The notes beneath the pieces are model-generated. The model saw only the letters and a program-made list of their open reading frames with translations, had not been told where the DNA came from and ran no database searches. This document shows, in pieces, positions 1 to 10,433 of a DNA stretch of 32,000 bases. Origin of the DNA: Prochlorococcus marinus subsp. pastoris str. CCMP1986 (GTDB lineage: Bacteria; Cyanobacteriota; Cyanobacteriia; PCC-6307; Cyanobiaceae). A program made the position numbers and the translations under genes. Each line of letters opens with the position of its first letter. Position 1 is the stretch's first letter. Location: positions 720,001 to 752,000 of the forward strand of contig NC_005072.1 of assembly GCF_000011465.1 (NCBI RefSeq), in the 5' to 3' direction.

Positions 1-987
1 ATCTCCATAATCTCTTTGAATGGCAACGATACTTTGGATTAGTTCATATGTGTCTTTATTTTCAACATAACCAAGTGGATCTGCAATTCTTGCAAAGGTC
101 TCTTCATTATTATGAGTTCGCCCCATACCTCCACCGATGTAAAAATTACATCCTTCGAATGATCCTTCTTTTGAGGTGAACGCAACTATTCCAATATCAT
201 TAGTGAGAAGGTCAACTGAATTATCACCTGGTACGGTAACAGCACATTTAAACTTTCTTGGTAAGTAGGTTGATCCATATAGAGGTTCTTTTTTAGTCCC
301 GCTAAAAACATTCTCTTTGAACTGTAATTTCCTATTCTCTTCAATCTCTTTATCTGGTTTTATCGTGTATTCCAAATCCCCGTCAGCCCATAGCTCTAAA
401 AAGGTTCCTTGCCCGGCCATAGGTGTTAAAAGATCAGCAACTTTTACTGCTAATGTTCTTGCGGTTATGTATTCTGCTGTTTCAAAAGGTGCGGCTGGAG
501 CCATGACGTTTCTATTGATGTCCCCACAGGCAGCTAAAGTCGAGCCCATGGAATTTACAATAGATTTAATTACTTCCTTCAAATTATCTTTTCTGATCCC
601 ATGCATTTGGAAGGCTTGTCTAGTTGTCACCCTGAGTGTGCCATTTCCAAGCTTATCAGATAACTCATCTAGAGATAGAAATAAATTTCCTGGGATTTCC
701 CCACCTGGACTTCTTAGTCTAAGCATCATCTGCCAATCTTTACTTTTACCAGGTTTTCTATTCTCTCTATTATCTTGTTGATAACTTCCATGGAATTTTA
801 ACAATTGAACGGCATCATTAGTAAAATGATCGCTTTCGTTTTTTAATTCGCTTGCAAGTGGCTCCTTGAGAAATTCGCTGCCTTTCTTGAAATTTTCAAA
901 TTTAGAAACCTCTAGACCATTTGCCAAACAAACTATCTCTTGTTTCGCGATCTCTTTTTTCTTTTTTACTTTTTCAACCTTGATCAA
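1..987 (-). CDS. sir: ferredoxin-sulfite reductase, N-terminal 329 codons (gene runs off the left edge of the window)
   Basis: Not in the ORF track. My hand translation of the minus strand is open from 1008 down to base 1. It reads ..IKVEKVKKKKEIAKQ..LKFHGSYQQDNRENR..RLRSPGGEIP..LRVTTRQAFQMHGI..ACGDINRNVMAP..YLPRKFKCAVTVPGDNSVD..FYIGGGMGRTHNNEETF..QRDYGD. These are the hallmark N-terminal motifs of the sulfite/nitrite reductase hemoprotein family, and they look SiR-like. There is no in-frame ATG. TTG at 987-985 is the only plausible start below the upstream in-frame TAA (1011-1009). Confidence 0.85.
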   Translation of the reverse strand, partial: MIKVEKVKKKKEIAKQEIVCLANGLEVSKFENFKKGSEFLKEPLASELKNESDHFTNDAVQLLKFHGSYQQDNRENRKPGKSKDWQMMLRLRSPGGEIPGNLFLSLDELSDKLGNGTLRVTTRQAFQMHGIRKDNLKEVIKSIVNSMGSTLAACGDINRNVMAPAAPFETAEYITARTLAVKVADLLTPMAGQGTFLELWADGDLEYTIKPDKEIEENRKLQFKENVFSGTKKEPLYGSTYLPRKFKCAVTVPGDNSVDLLTNDIGIVAFTSKEGSFEGCNFYIGGGMGRTHNNEETFARIADPLGYVENKDTYELIQSIVAIQRDYGD

Positions 988-1074
988 GGGACCAAAACAT
1001 ATCTCTTTTTATACATTAGCGAAAAGCTTATTTAACTGGTAGTAAATTATAGTTGTAATAGCCATAAATTATTC

Positions 1075-3237
1075 TTGTCTAAATATTTACTTGAGATAGG
1101 AACAGAAGAGTTACCATCAAAATTTTCTCATTCTGTAATAAACCAAATCAACTCTCTTATAGAATTTGAATTTGATAAGAAAATTATCAAATTTAATAAT
1201 ATTATTTGCACATCCACACCAAGAAGAATAGTTCTATTTCTAGAGGGATTAGTTGATCATGCGGATGATAAGACAGTAATAAGAAAAGGTCCAAAAGCTA
1301 ATTCTGCATTTCTTAATGGCATACCAACTAATGCTGCTATAGGTTTTGCAAATAGTTTAGGAATTACTATAGATGACTTAGAAATAAGAGAAACAGAAAA
1401 GGGTGAGTTTGTATTTGGAACAAAAATTGAGAAAGGAGAATCTACAAGATCTTCTTTATCTTCAATAATCCCTAAAGTAATAAAAAATTTGCAAGGCCCT
1501 CGTTTTATGAAATGGGGAGGTGGAAGCTTTAAATTTTCAAGACCAATCAGATGGATAGTCTCACTCTACAACGATGAAATTCTTGATTTTGAATTTAATG
1601 AATGTGATCCTAAGATTTCCATAGGCAATACATCAAAAAGTCATAGATTAATTAATAAAGTTATTGAAATACATTCTCCAGATAATTATTTTGAATTAAT
1701 GGCTAAGAATGGAGTTTTTGTTAAAAGAGAAGAAAGAAAAAAAGAAATTGTTAATCTCATAAATCAGGAATCTCAATTGGTGAATTTAGAGCCTGATCTT
1801 TCTGATAATTTACTTAACGAATTAACTGATTTAGTTGAGTCTGCTAATTTATTAACTAGTAACTTTGATAAGCAATTTCTTAATTTGCCTGTTGAGGTTC
1901 TCTCAACTGTAATGAAAAATCACCAAAGATATATTCCTCTTCTTAAAAAAAATAAAACATTTTCTAAATTAGATTTGAGTTCTGAAAAAGTTATAAGTAC
2001 AAATTTCTTTGTGTTATCAAATGGTCTTAGAGAATCTAATAATATTATTTCTAAGGGAAATGAAAAAGTCTTAAGGGCTAGATTCTCTGATGCGAAGTTT
2101 TTTGTAGAGAGTGACAAAAAAGTTTCTTCTAAAGAAAGGAATGAAAAACTTAAAACTGTTTCTTATTTGAAAGGTATGGGTAATGTTTTTCAGAGAGTAA
2201 AACGAATTGAGGCTACCTCAGAAAAGATACTTAATTATTTGAATGATCAATCTTTAGATACTGAAAAAATTAAAGAAGCTGCAAAGTACTGTAAAAACGA
2301 TTTGTGTAGTGAAATTGTTTATGAATTTCCTGAATTGCAAGGGATAATGGCGGGGAAATATTTACGTAATGAAGGTTTTAGCAAAGAAATTTGTATGGCT
2401 GTAGCAGAACATTATTTGCCTGGTTTTTATAAAGATGATTTACCCTCTACAAAATATGGAGCTATTATTTCTATCTCTGACAAAATAGAAACTTTGATAA
2501 GCATATTTATATCTGGGAAAAGACCAAGTGGTTCATCTGACCCATATGCACTAAGAAGAAATTTAAATGGGGTTATTCTAATTATTTGGCAATTTGAATT
2601 TGATTTGGATCTTGAAAATATTTTTGAGGAACTTCTTGAATATTGGAAAATTTCACTATCAAATTTGAAATTCGTGAAAGAAAAAGTTTTAAATGACTTA
2701 ATTGAATTTACTAATCAAAGAATCGTAAGCCATCTTGATGAATTATCAATCAGTAAAGATCTAATTAAAGCCACTTGTTTTATTGATTTATCAGCTGAAA
2801 GAAAAATAATGAATATTTTGGATTTAAAAAATAGAATTAATACTATTAACAATCTTAAAGGGACACCAAATTTTTCTGAAATTCAAAAAGTTATCTCGAG
2901 AGTTAGTAAATTGGCTGAAAGTGGAAATCTTAAAACAACAATTTTTTCACACAAATATTATGTAAATCCAGATCTGTTCGAAAAACAATGTGAAAATAAA
3001 GTATTTGAATTCATCAAAGAATTAGAAGAAATTATTAAATTAAGTAATTGGGATTATTTTCAACTATTTAAATTGTTCGAGGATAATTCTAATAATCTTA
3101 ATGAACTTTTTGATAACGAAAAGGGTGTTCTAATAATGACAGAAAATCTTGAAATTAGAAATAATCGTCTCAATTTATTAGGTTTGGTAAGGAACTACTC
3201 TTTAAAAATTGCTGACTTTACCCTTTTTAATTCTTAA
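1075..3237 (+). CDS. glyS: glycyl-tRNA synthetase beta subunit
   Basis: 720 aa ORF. The N-terminus MSKYLLEIGTEELPSKF matches the conserved GlyS start (..EIGTEELP..). The length is typical and the C-terminal anticodon-binding-like region is present. The start is TTG, and no ATG lies near the conserved N-terminus. Confidence 0.95.
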   Translation: MSKYLLEIGTEELPSKFSHSVINQINSLIEFEFDKKIIKFNNIICTSTPRRIVLFLEGLVDHADDKTVIRKGPKANSAFLNGIPTNAAIGFANSLGITIDDLEIRETEKGEFVFGTKIEKGESTRSSLSSIIPKVIKNLQGPRFMKWGGGSFKFSRPIRWIVSLYNDEILDFEFNECDPKISIGNTSKSHRLINKVIEIHSPDNYFELMAKNGVFVKREERKKEIVNLINQESQLVNLEPDLSDNLLNELTDLVESANLLTSNFDKQFLNLPVEVLSTVMKNHQRYIPLLKKNKTFSKLDLSSEKVISTNFFVLSNGLRESNNIISKGNEKVLRARFSDAKFFVESDKKVSSKERNEKLKTVSYLKGMGNVFQRVKRIEATSEKILNYLNDQSLDTEKIKEAAKYCKNDLCSEIVYEFPELQGIMAGKYLRNEGFSKEICMAVAEHYLPGFYKDDLPSTKYGAIISISDKIETLISIFISGKRPSGSSDPYALRRNLNGVILIIWQFEFDLDLENIFEELLEYWKISLSNLKFVKEKVLNDLIEFTNQRIVSHLDELSISKDLIKATCFIDLSAERKIMNILDLKNRINTINNLKGTPNFSEIQKVISRVSKLAESGNLKTTIFSHKYYVNPDLFEKQCENKVFEFIKELEEIIKLSNWDYFQLFKLFEDNSNNLNELFDNEKGVLIMTENLEIRNNRLNLLGLVRNYSLKIADFTLFNS

Positions 3238-4558
3238 CTTTAATTCCACCTTTAATTGAATAGTTCTTTAACATTTTTTCAACTTCTTTTTCTTCTCTTA
3301 CAGCACTATTAACTGGTTTATACTTTAGTGGTGCTAGTGCTTTTCCTCTTAAAATTGATCCAAGAGTAAGCATGGTAAGTTTAATTTGCTGAAGGGGTTT
3401 CATCGCAACAACTCGTTTATACAGGTAACTATCAAAAGTGAGTCTTTGAACATCCATGTCATCACACATTTCTACAAAAGCTTCTCTAGCCGAATCATTT
3501 CTATAAAAAATATTTTGAAGAATTTCTAGTACCTTGTAAGTTGTTCCATATTTTTTGTCCCATTTTTTTAAATAATTTTTTAAATCTTTTTCTGATGGAA
3601 TTTCTTGCCCATTTTTTGAAGCTTCAACTATTTCTTCAGCACACATTCTTCCACTTTTAGCAGCAAAATAAATACCTTCTCCAGAGCTTTTTGTTACATA
3701 ACCTGCTGCATCTCCTACCAGAGCCATTCTACCTACAACTCTTCGAGGTCTTGGATGCTCAGGAATAGGATGTGCTTCAACTTTTATAACTTCACCATTC
3801 ACAAGCCTTTTTTTTGCTCTATTCCTTACTCCTTCTTGAAGGCCTTTTATTAAGGATTGGTTTTTTTGCATTGTACCTGTCCCGACTGCGACATGATCAT
3901 ATTTAGGAAATACCCAACCATAAAAATCAGGAGAAACATCTGTTCCTACATACATCTCCGCGAGATCTTCGTAGTAACTCATTTCTTCTTTAGGCAATTT
4001 AATTCTTTCTTGGAATGCAATTGCTACTTTGTAATCGCCAGCATCCATAGCTTTAGCAACTCTGCTGTTGGCCCCGTCAGCTCCTATTAAGAGATCTACA
4101 GTTAACTCTTTAAGTTCTCCTTTCTTGTCTCCAGAAGAAAAATCTGAATATGAAAGTTTGTATGGACCTTGATTATCATTCCCAGTATCAATTGAAGTAA
4201 CTAATCCATTAATTAATGTTGCCCCAAGTTCAGAAGCTCTGTTTCTCATAAATGCATCCATTACCTCTCTTCTGCACATTCCTATATATTCATTATCACT
4301 TTTGCCATAAACATTATCCAAGCTAATATCAACTTCTCTATTAGAGGGAGATATCATTTTCATATGTCTTACTTTTCTATCTATAATAGTTTCTGGCAAG
4401 TCAAATTCCTCAACCATACAAAGAGGAATGGCTCCTCCACAAGGTTTTGCATTATCTAATTTTCTTTCAAAAAGCCAAGTTTTTATACCAGATTTAGCAA
4501 GTATTTCAGCAGCACATGAACCACTTGGTCCTCCACCGATAACAGCAACTCTCAACAT
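3227..4558 (-). CDS. chlP: geranylgeranyl diphosphate/geranylgeranyl-chlorophyll reductase
   Basis: 443 aa. It has an N-terminal FAD fold (RVAVIGGGPSGSCAAEILAK) and the internal motifs GADGANSRVAK and LVGDAAGYVTKSSGEGIYFA that are typical of ChlP. The ATG start is at 4558. Confidence 0.95.
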   Translation of the reverse strand: MLRVAVIGGGPSGSCAAEILAKSGIKTWLFERKLDNAKPCGGAIPLCMVEEFDLPETIIDRKVRHMKMISPSNREVDISLDNVYGKSDNEYIGMCRREVMDAFMRNRASELGATLINGLVTSIDTGNDNQGPYKLSYSDFSSGDKKGELKELTVDLLIGADGANSRVAKAMDAGDYKVAIAFQERIKLPKEEMSYYEDLAEMYVGTDVSPDFYGWVFPKYDHVAVGTGTMQKNQSLIKGLQEGVRNRAKKRLVNGEVIKVEAHPIPEHPRPRRVVGRMALVGDAAGYVTKSSGEGIYFAAKSGRMCAEEIVEASKNGQEIPSEKDLKNYLKKWDKKYGTTYKVLEILQNIFYRNDSAREAFVEMCDDMDVQRLTFDSYLYKRVVAMKPLQQIKLTMLTLGSILRGKALAPLKYKPVNSAVREEKEVEKMLKNYSIKGGIKVKN

Positions 4559-4668
4559 ATCAAAAAAAAATTGTATCCTATTAAAAAACTACATCAATTT
4601 TCTTATAAAAGTGCATTTCGTAAATTAATAGTTAATATCGAAATATCTTTTGAATTAATAATTTTATA

Positions 4669-5400
4669 TTGAAAAAAAAGAATCCTATAAATGAAGATAT
4701 TGAGATACAAGTTGCTGAAAGAATAATCTTAAATGAAAATAATTTTAAATTCAAGAAATATAATTTATTCATAGCTTTTTTTCTAATATTTTTATTACCT
4801 TTTATTGGCTTGGAAATTATTAGTAATTTTAAATTAAATCTGAATGGAGTTAATAAAGCCAAAAAATTTTTAAATAATGATCTTAGTATTTTGGGCCATT
4901 TACCCTACAAGGAAATTTCAAAAGAAAAATTGGTTTCTATTGAACCTAATATTCAAGTTCATATCGACATGAGTGAAGCTCTTCTTAAAATGAGGGAGGA
5001 TGCTATAAAAGATGGAATATATTTGGTATTCCTAAGTGGTTATAGATCAATAAATTTGCAAAAAGAAATTTTTTATTCATTAAAATCTATGAGAAATCAG
5101 ATTGCTGCTGAGAGGGCTAAGGTCTCAGCACCTCCTGGATATTCTGAGCACAGTACTGGCTTTGCTATTGATATTGGAGATGCTGATAAAAGAGAAACAG
5201 ACTTTGAAGTTCAATTTGAGAACACGGATGCTTTTAGATGGCTTAAAAAAAATGCAGCTAAGTACCACTTCAAATTATCTTTTACACAAAATAATAAAAA
5301 TGTTGATTATGAGCCTTGGCACTGGAGATATGAGGGGTCAATTGAAGCACTTAAAGTTTTTGAAGCATCAAATAGGAATTTGAAAAAGCTACAAAATTGA
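4669..5400 (+). CDS. membrane-anchored D-alanyl-D-alanine carboxypeptidase, VanY / peptidase M15B family
   Basis: 243 aa. An N-terminal hydrophobic helix (LFIAFFLIFLLPFIGLEII) is followed by the VanY-type zinc-peptidase motifs SGYRS, PGYSEHSTGFAIDI and EPWHWRY. The start at 4669 is TTG and is uncertain, because there is no in-frame ATG until much later. Confidence 0.8.
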   Translation: MKKKNPINEDIEIQVAERIILNENNFKFKKYNLFIAFFLIFLLPFIGLEIISNFKLNLNGVNKAKKFLNNDLSILGHLPYKEISKEKLVSIEPNIQVHIDMSEALLKMREDAIKDGIYLVFLSGYRSINLQKEIFYSLKSMRNQIAAERAKVSAPPGYSEHSTGFAIDIGDADKRETDFEVQFENTDAFRWLKKNAAKYHFKLSFTQNNKNVDYEPWHWRYEGSIEALKVFEASNRNLKKLQN

Positions 5401-5512
5401 AATACTAATAACAATTTTTTATATGATTTTCAAAGTCTTATGGGCAAATCTTTCAGAATAAGCATTCTTTGAGTTAGCCTTAATATATTAATTATTGGTT
5501 TGCAATTTTTAG

Positions 5513-7315
5513 ATGTCAGTTTCAATTAAAGAAATAAGAAATGTAGCAATTATAGCCCATGTAGATCATGGAAAAACAACCCTAGTCGATGCATTATTAT
5601 CTCAATCTGGAATATTTAGAGATAACGAAGTAGTTCCAACTTGTGTAATGGATTCAAATGATCTCGAGAGAGAAAGAGGTATAACAATACTTTCAAAAAA
5701 TACGGCTGTTAATTATAAAAACACGAGAATCAATATTATCGATACACCTGGACATGCTGACTTTGGAGGAGAGGTTGAGAGGGTTTTGGGCATGGTTGAT
5801 GGTTGTTTATTAATCGTTGATGCTAATGAGGGTCCAATGCCACAAACAAGGTTTGTATTAAAAAAAGCTTTAGAAAAAGGTCTTAGACCTATAGTTTTTG
5901 TAAATAAAATTGATAGGCCTAGAGTAGTCCCAGAAATTGCTGTGGATAAAGTTCTTGATTTGTTCCTTGAATTAGGTGCAGATGATGATCAATGTGATTT
6001 TCCTTATTTATTCGGTAGTGGATTATCTGGTTTCGCAAAAGAAGAAATGGAATCTAATAATGATAATATGATGCCCCTTTTTGAAGCTATTCTTAGGCAT
6101 GTTCCACCACCTGTAGGGGATCTAAACAAGCCTCTGCAGCTTCAAATTACAACTTTGGATTATTCTGATTTCTTAGGAAGAATTGTGATTGGAAAGATTC
6201 ATAATGGAACTATAAAAAATGGCCAACAAGCAAGCCTAATAAAAGAAAGTGGGAAAACTATCAAGGGTAAAGTAAGTAAACTTTTAGGATTCGAAGGATT
6301 ACAAAGAATTGATATTAATGAGGCCTTTGCAGGAGATATTGTTGCAGTTTCAGGTTTTGATGATGTAAATATTGGAGAAACGATTGCTTGTCCTGATTCT
6401 CCTCATCCACTTCCTTTAATTAAAGTTGACGAACCTACACTAAACATGACCTTTGTTGTGAATGATTCTCCATTTGCGGGTAAAGAAGGGAAATTCGTTA
6501 CGAGTAGACAATTAAAAAATAGATTAGAGAGGGAATTATTAACTAACGTAGCCCTAAGAGTTGAAGAAACCGATTCTCCAGATAGATTTTCTGTCTCTGG
6601 GAGAGGTGAGCTTCATTTAGGGATTTTAATTGAAACAATGAGAAGAGAAGGTTTTGAATTCCAAATCTCGCAACCGCAAGTTATTTTTAGAGAAATTGAT
6701 GATGTTCAATGCGAACCCATAGAAACATTAGTCTTAGATGTTCCAGAAGTAGCGGTTGGCTCTTGTATTGAAAAACTGGGATCAAGAAAAGCTGAGATGA
6801 AAAACATGCAGACAAGTTCAGATGGAAGAACCCAGTTAGAATTTCTTGTACCATCAAGAGGACTTATAGGATTTCGTGGTGAATTTGTTCGAATAACTAG
6901 AGGTGAAGGAATTATGAGTCACTCTTTTTATGAATATAAACCTAAAGCTGGAGATTTTGAAACGAGAAGAAATGGTGTTCTTATTTCTTTTGAAGAGGGT
7001 GTCGCTACTTTCTATGCTTTAAAAAATGCTGAAGATAGAGGTGTTTATTTTATCAAACCAGGAGTGAAAGTTTATAAAGGTATGATTATTGGCGAGAATA
7101 ATAGGTCACAAGATTTAGAGTTAAATATCTGTAAAACAAAGCAATTGACTAATATGAGATCTGCTGGAGCAGAAGAGTTAGATACTTTACAATCTCCAGT
7201 TGATATTACACTTGAGAGAGCTCTTGAATATATAGGTCCTGATGAAATGTTAGAGGTGACGCCGGATTCAATAAGAATGAGGAAATTAAATAAAAAGAAG
7301 ACAATGAAAAAATAA
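5513..7315 (+). CDS. typA: translational GTPase TypA/BipA
   Basis: 600 aa. It shows G1 [10 protein letters not shown]3 [12 protein letters not shown] and G4 NKIDR, followed by EF-G-like domains and the TypA-specific C-terminus. Confidence 0.96.
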   Translation: MSVSIKEIRNVAIIAHVDHGKTTLVDALLSQSGIFRDNEVVPTCVMDSNDLERERGITILSKNTAVNYKNTRINIIDTPGHADFGGEVERVLGMVDGCLLIVDANEGPMPQTRFVLKKALEKGLRPIVFVNKIDRPRVVPEIAVDKVLDLFLELGADDDQCDFPYLFGSGLSGFAKEEMESNNDNMMPLFEAILRHVPPPVGDLNKPLQLQITTLDYSDFLGRIVIGKIHNGTIKNGQQASLIKESGKTIKGKVSKLLGFEGLQRIDINEAFAGDIVAVSGFDDVNIGETIACPDSPHPLPLIKVDEPTLNMTFVVNDSPFAGKEGKFVTSRQLKNRLERELLTNVALRVEETDSPDRFSVSGRGELHLGILIETMRREGFEFQISQPQVIFREIDDVQCEPIETLVLDVPEVAVGSCIEKLGSRKAEMKNMQTSSDGRTQLEFLVPSRGLIGFRGEFVRITRGEGIMSHSFYEYKPKAGDFETRRNGVLISFEEGVATFYALKNAEDRGVYFIKPGVKVYKGMIIGENNRSQDLELNICKTKQLTNMRSAGAEELDTLQSPVDITLERALEYIGPDEMLEVTPDSIRMRKLNKKKTMKK

Positions 7316-7321
7316 AATATT

Positions 7322-7705
7322 ATGAGAGAAGAAGATATTAAAAGTTTTGAGGATGCTTTTTTTGATGCTTTAAATCTCTTTAATAATCAAAAATGGTATG
7401 AAGCTCATGATGCCTTTGAGGACATATGGAATACTCTTGAAGGAGATGAGAGACAAATAATACAAGGAATAATCCAAGTATCTGTCTCTCAATTTCATTT
7501 AAGTAAAGGGAATTTAAATGGTGCGACTATCTTAATGGGTGAAGGCTTAGGTAGGATAAAAAACAGAACTAATATTGATTTAGGAGTAGATCTCGTATCT
7601 TTTTGCAAATGTCTTGATGAATTATTAAGAAAACTTCAATATAAAGAGGAATTAACTAAAAATGATAAACCTTATCTACTGATAAAAGAGCAAAATGAAT
7701 TTTGA
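7322..7705 (+). CDS. DUF309 domain protein
   Basis: 127 aa. It has the pattern F..G..LFN...YWEAHD.FE..W...G.....QGIIQ.A......S.GN..GA characteristic of DUF309. The ATG lies 6 nt after the typA stop. Confidence 0.75.
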   Translation: MREEDIKSFEDAFFDALNLFNNQKWYEAHDAFEDIWNTLEGDERQIIQGIIQVSVSQFHLSKGNLNGATILMGEGLGRIKNRTNIDLGVDLVSFCKCLDELLRKLQYKEELTKNDKPYLLIKEQNEF

Positions 7706-8423
7706 AATAAAAAACGTCTTTCTTACTATTGAAGGAAAATCCATAGTTAATGATGTTTCAATAAAGGTTTGCCCAGGCGAAATTGTAGGTTTAATGGGAC
7801 CAAATGGTGCAGGTAAAACATCTACTTTTAATCTTGCGGTGGGCAATTTAAGACCTGATAAGGGAGATATATTAATAAATAGCAAATCTATAAAAAATTT
7901 ACCTTTGCCTATTAGAGCAAAACTTGGTTTAGGATATTTAACTCAAGAAGCAAGTATCTTTAGAGATTTAACAGTTAAAGAAAATATTGACTTAGCATTA
8001 GAAAATTCATTTTCTAGTAGAGCAATAGTAAGAAATAAGAGAGAAAAAATAATTAATGAATTTAATCTGAATAAAGTTGTTGATAATTATGGTTATCAAT
8101 TATCAGGAGGGGAGAGAAGACGGTGTGAAATAGCAAGAGCTCTATCAGTAGGTAGACAAGGACCTAAATATTTACTTTTGGATGAACCTTTTGCAGGGAT
8201 CGACCCCTTAGCTGTAAATGATTTAAAAAAACTTATTATTAAACTTAGGGATAATGGAATGGGAATTCTTATAACAGATCATAATGTAAGAGAGACTTTG
8301 TTAATTACAAGTAAATCATATGTTTTAAGTGAAGGAAAGATTCTTGCTCATGGATCATCTGATGAACTTGCAAATAATCAAATAGTGAAAAAGTTTTATT
8401 TGGGGGTTGATTTTCAGCTTTAA
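7695..8423 (+). CDS. lptB: ABC transporter ATP-binding protein, LptB-like (LPS export)
   Basis: 242 aa. It has Walker A GPNGAGKTS, the ABC signature LSGGERRR and Walker B LLLDEPFAGIDP. The size and the C-terminal ..KKFYLG tail are typical of LptB. It overlaps the DUF309 gene by 11 nt. Confidence 0.85.
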   Translation: MNFEIKNVFLTIEGKSIVNDVSIKVCPGEIVGLMGPNGAGKTSTFNLAVGNLRPDKGDILINSKSIKNLPLPIRAKLGLGYLTQEASIFRDLTVKENIDLALENSFSSRAIVRNKREKIINEFNLNKVVDNYGYQLSGGERRRCEIARALSVGRQGPKYLLLDEPFAGIDPLAVNDLKKLIIKLRDNGMGILITDHNVRETLLITSKSYVLSEGKILAHGSSDELANNQIVKKFYLGVDFQL

Positions 8424-8535
8424 GTACTTAATTAAGAAATAAATTTAAATTAAAATAATTGATAAAATCATGAATTTTTTATTTTTTTTTATTATTTTAT
8501 AATTAAGTAAACTTATACAGTTTTATATTTTACTA

Positions 8536-9480
8536 ATGATATTTGATGGTTTTATCAAAAATTTTATTTACGATCCAGTATCTTTTATAGGCATTTTAAT
8601 TTTTTATTTTTTATTAATTAATTTGCCTATTTCTCTAATATCGTTATTTAATAAAAAATCCTCTTCTTATGTGAGACTAATTACAATCTTAATTAATCTC
8701 TTTATAGCTTTACAGCTTATCTCAAGATGGATAATCTCTGGACATTTTCCAATAAGTAATTTATATGAATCTCTTTATTTCTTAGTTTGGGGCATAACTT
8801 TAGGTCAATTATTAATTGAGAAAGAATACTCGACTCCGATAATCCCGGCAATAGCAATACCTATTGAACTTTTAACTATAGCTTTTGCTTGCTTTGTTTT
8901 GCCTGAAGATTTAAAGCTATCATCTAATCTTGTCCCAGCATTAAGATCAAGTTGGTTAGTTATGCATGTAAGCGTAGTCATGCTAAGTTATGCCGCCCTT
9001 ATCATGGGCTCTTTACTATCAGCTTCTGTACTCTTTATCAATAATAGTCAACCTCTTCAACTTAGAAGTAGTTCTATGGGTGTAGGCGGTTTCAAAATAT
9101 CTAATTCATACTCGACCAACAATGTCATTGAGCCTATAAATTTTTCTCATTCTGAGGAATTAGATACTCTTAGTTATCGATCTATATTAGTAGGATTTGT
9201 TCTTCTCACTCTTGGCTTAATTACTGGAGCTATCTGGGCTAATGAAGCTTGGGGAACTTGGTGGAGTTGGGATCCTAAGGAGACTTGGGCTTTCATTTCT
9301 TGGTTATTTTATGCTGCCTATTTGCATATGAGAATAAGTAGGGGTTGGCAAGGTAGAAGACCAGCATTACTTGCTACTTCTGGCTTTTTTGTCGTATTAA
9401 TATGTTACATAGGAGTAAATTTCTTAGGTGTGGGTTTGCACAGTTATGGTTGGATATTTGGAATATTTAATTTGTTTTAA
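8536..9480 (+). CDS. ccsA: cytochrome c biogenesis protein CcsA (system II heme handling)
   Basis: 314 aa polytopic membrane protein with the tryptophan-rich WWD-type motif [19 protein letters not shown] and conserved His residues. Confidence 0.93.
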   Translation: MIFDGFIKNFIYDPVSFIGILIFYFLLINLPISLISLFNKKSSSYVRLITILINLFIALQLISRWIISGHFPISNLYESLYFLVWGITLGQLLIEKEYSTPIIPAIAIPIELLTIAFACFVLPEDLKLSSNLVPALRSSWLVMHVSVVMLSYAALIMGSLLSASVLFINNSQPLQLRSSSMGVGGFKISNSYSTNNVIEPINFSHSEELDTLSYRSILVGFVLLTLGLITGAIWANEAWGTWWSWDPKETWAFISWLFYAAYLHMRISRGWQGRRPALLATSGFFVVLICYIGVNFLGVGLHSYGWIFGIFNLF

Positions 9481-9490
9481 ATTCCAGTTA

Positions 9491-10246
9491 TTAAGGCTCT
9501 GAAATTATCTTTCCATTTTGCGCATCTAAAGCAACTGACCTTAATTCATCACAACCCTCTTTTAATGTTGGATAAGCAAACATCCCACTTCCTGCAATAA
9601 AACAATTAGCACCAGCTTCTGCACATTGCGAAATGGTCCAATTTGCTTTTATTCCGCCATCAACTTCAATATCTACATTTAAATTCTTTTCAATTACGAA
9701 GTTTCTAATTTTTCTTATTTTATTTAACATTGTTGGGATGTAAGCTTGTCCACCAAATCCTGGATTAACGGTCATTACTAAGACATGATCAACCATATCC
9801 ATAATGTTTTCGATCATTTCAAATGGCGTGTGAGGATTTAATGCAACCGATGGTGATCCTCCAAGGTCTCTTATCTTTCCAAGAACTCTATGAAGGTGAA
9901 CATTAGCTTCAGCATGAGCTATGACAACTCCAGGCTCTCCATTAGGACCTTTGGTAGCTTTTACATATGCCTCAAGCATGGTCTCACAATTATATTGGCT
10001 TACCATTAATTGAGTCTCAAAAGGAACTTCGCAATATTTTCTACATGCAGCAATCATTTCAGGACCAAATGTAAGATTTGGTACAAAATTTCCATCCATG
10101 ACATCAAATTGAATACGATCTACACCTGCTTCTTCAAGATCTTTAACGCATGCCCCCATATTTGCCCAGTCTGCTGGTAGTACGGAAGGAATTATTTGAA
10201 TTGGTCGATTAACACCTACAGAATTTTTAGAGTTAGTTTCGGGCAT
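9491..10246 (-). CDS. rpe: ribulose-phosphate 3-epimerase
   Basis: 251 aa. It has the motifs IIPSVLPADW, FDVMDGNFVPN, MTVNPGFGGQ and EVDGG, which are typical of Rpe. Confidence 0.95.
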   Translation of the reverse strand: MPETNSKNSVGVNRPIQIIPSVLPADWANMGACVKDLEEAGVDRIQFDVMDGNFVPNLTFGPEMIAACRKYCEVPFETQLMVSQYNCETMLEAYVKATKGPNGEPGVVIAHAEANVHLHRVLGKIRDLGGSPSVALNPHTPFEMIENIMDMVDHVLVMTVNPGFGGQAYIPTMLNKIRKIRNFVIEKNLNVDIEVDGGIKANWTISQCAEAGANCFIAGSGMFAYPTLKEGCDELRSVALDAQNGKIISEP

Positions 10247-10365
10247 TTTATTTTTAAAATATTTAATAAAGATACTATATTTGGTTGCTTATTCCTAATT
10301 TCAAGTCACGGCCTGATAAAGTAACACCTGCAAAGAGTTAAAAAAAACTAATAAGCAAATTAATT

Positions 10366-10391
10366 CTCATAAAAAAGGCATTTTTTATGAG
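10366..10391. promoter_or_regulatory. perfect 11-bp inverted repeat / AT-rich hairpin in the rpe-glpX divergent spacer
   Basis: ctcataaaaaa (10366-10376), loop ggca, ttttttatgag (10381-10391). It sits 43 nt upstream of the glpX GTG start. Function unknown. Confidence 0.4.
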
Positions 10392-10433
10392 AGTATGTTT
10401 TAAACCTCTTAGAAAATCTTTTAAAATTTAATT

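Noticed and set aside
317-781. 154-aa plus-strand ORF from the track
   Set aside because: It lies entirely antisense to the clearly recognisable sir coding frame. The translation is low-complexity (Ser/Leu/Phe-rich) with no motif. It is a typical shadow ORF.
8424-8440. Short loop-less AT palindromes after stop codons: cttaattaag after lptB (8427-8436), atttttaaaaat after hemA (about 12756-12767), taaacgttta at the end of the Zn-finger ORF (21895-21904)
   Set aside because: Loop-less AT palindromes of 10-12 bp are frequent in DNA of this composition and cannot form stable terminator stems.
8470-8502. Mini-ORF MNFLFFFIIL in the lptB-ccsA spacer, and similar 9-12-codon ORFs at about 5422-5460 and in the prk-accD spacer
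   Set aside because: In spacers that are under about 25% GC, such Phe/Ile/Leu/Asn-rich mini-ORFs arise by chance. There is no RBS and no distinctive motif. A leader-peptide role cannot be supported from the sequence alone.
9459-9486. Possible hairpin (ggaat...attcc) spanning the convergent ccsA/rpe stop codons
   Set aside because: Pairing needs two bulges, only 5 contiguous base pairs are clean, and no U-tract follows on either strand. It is not distinguishable from chance.
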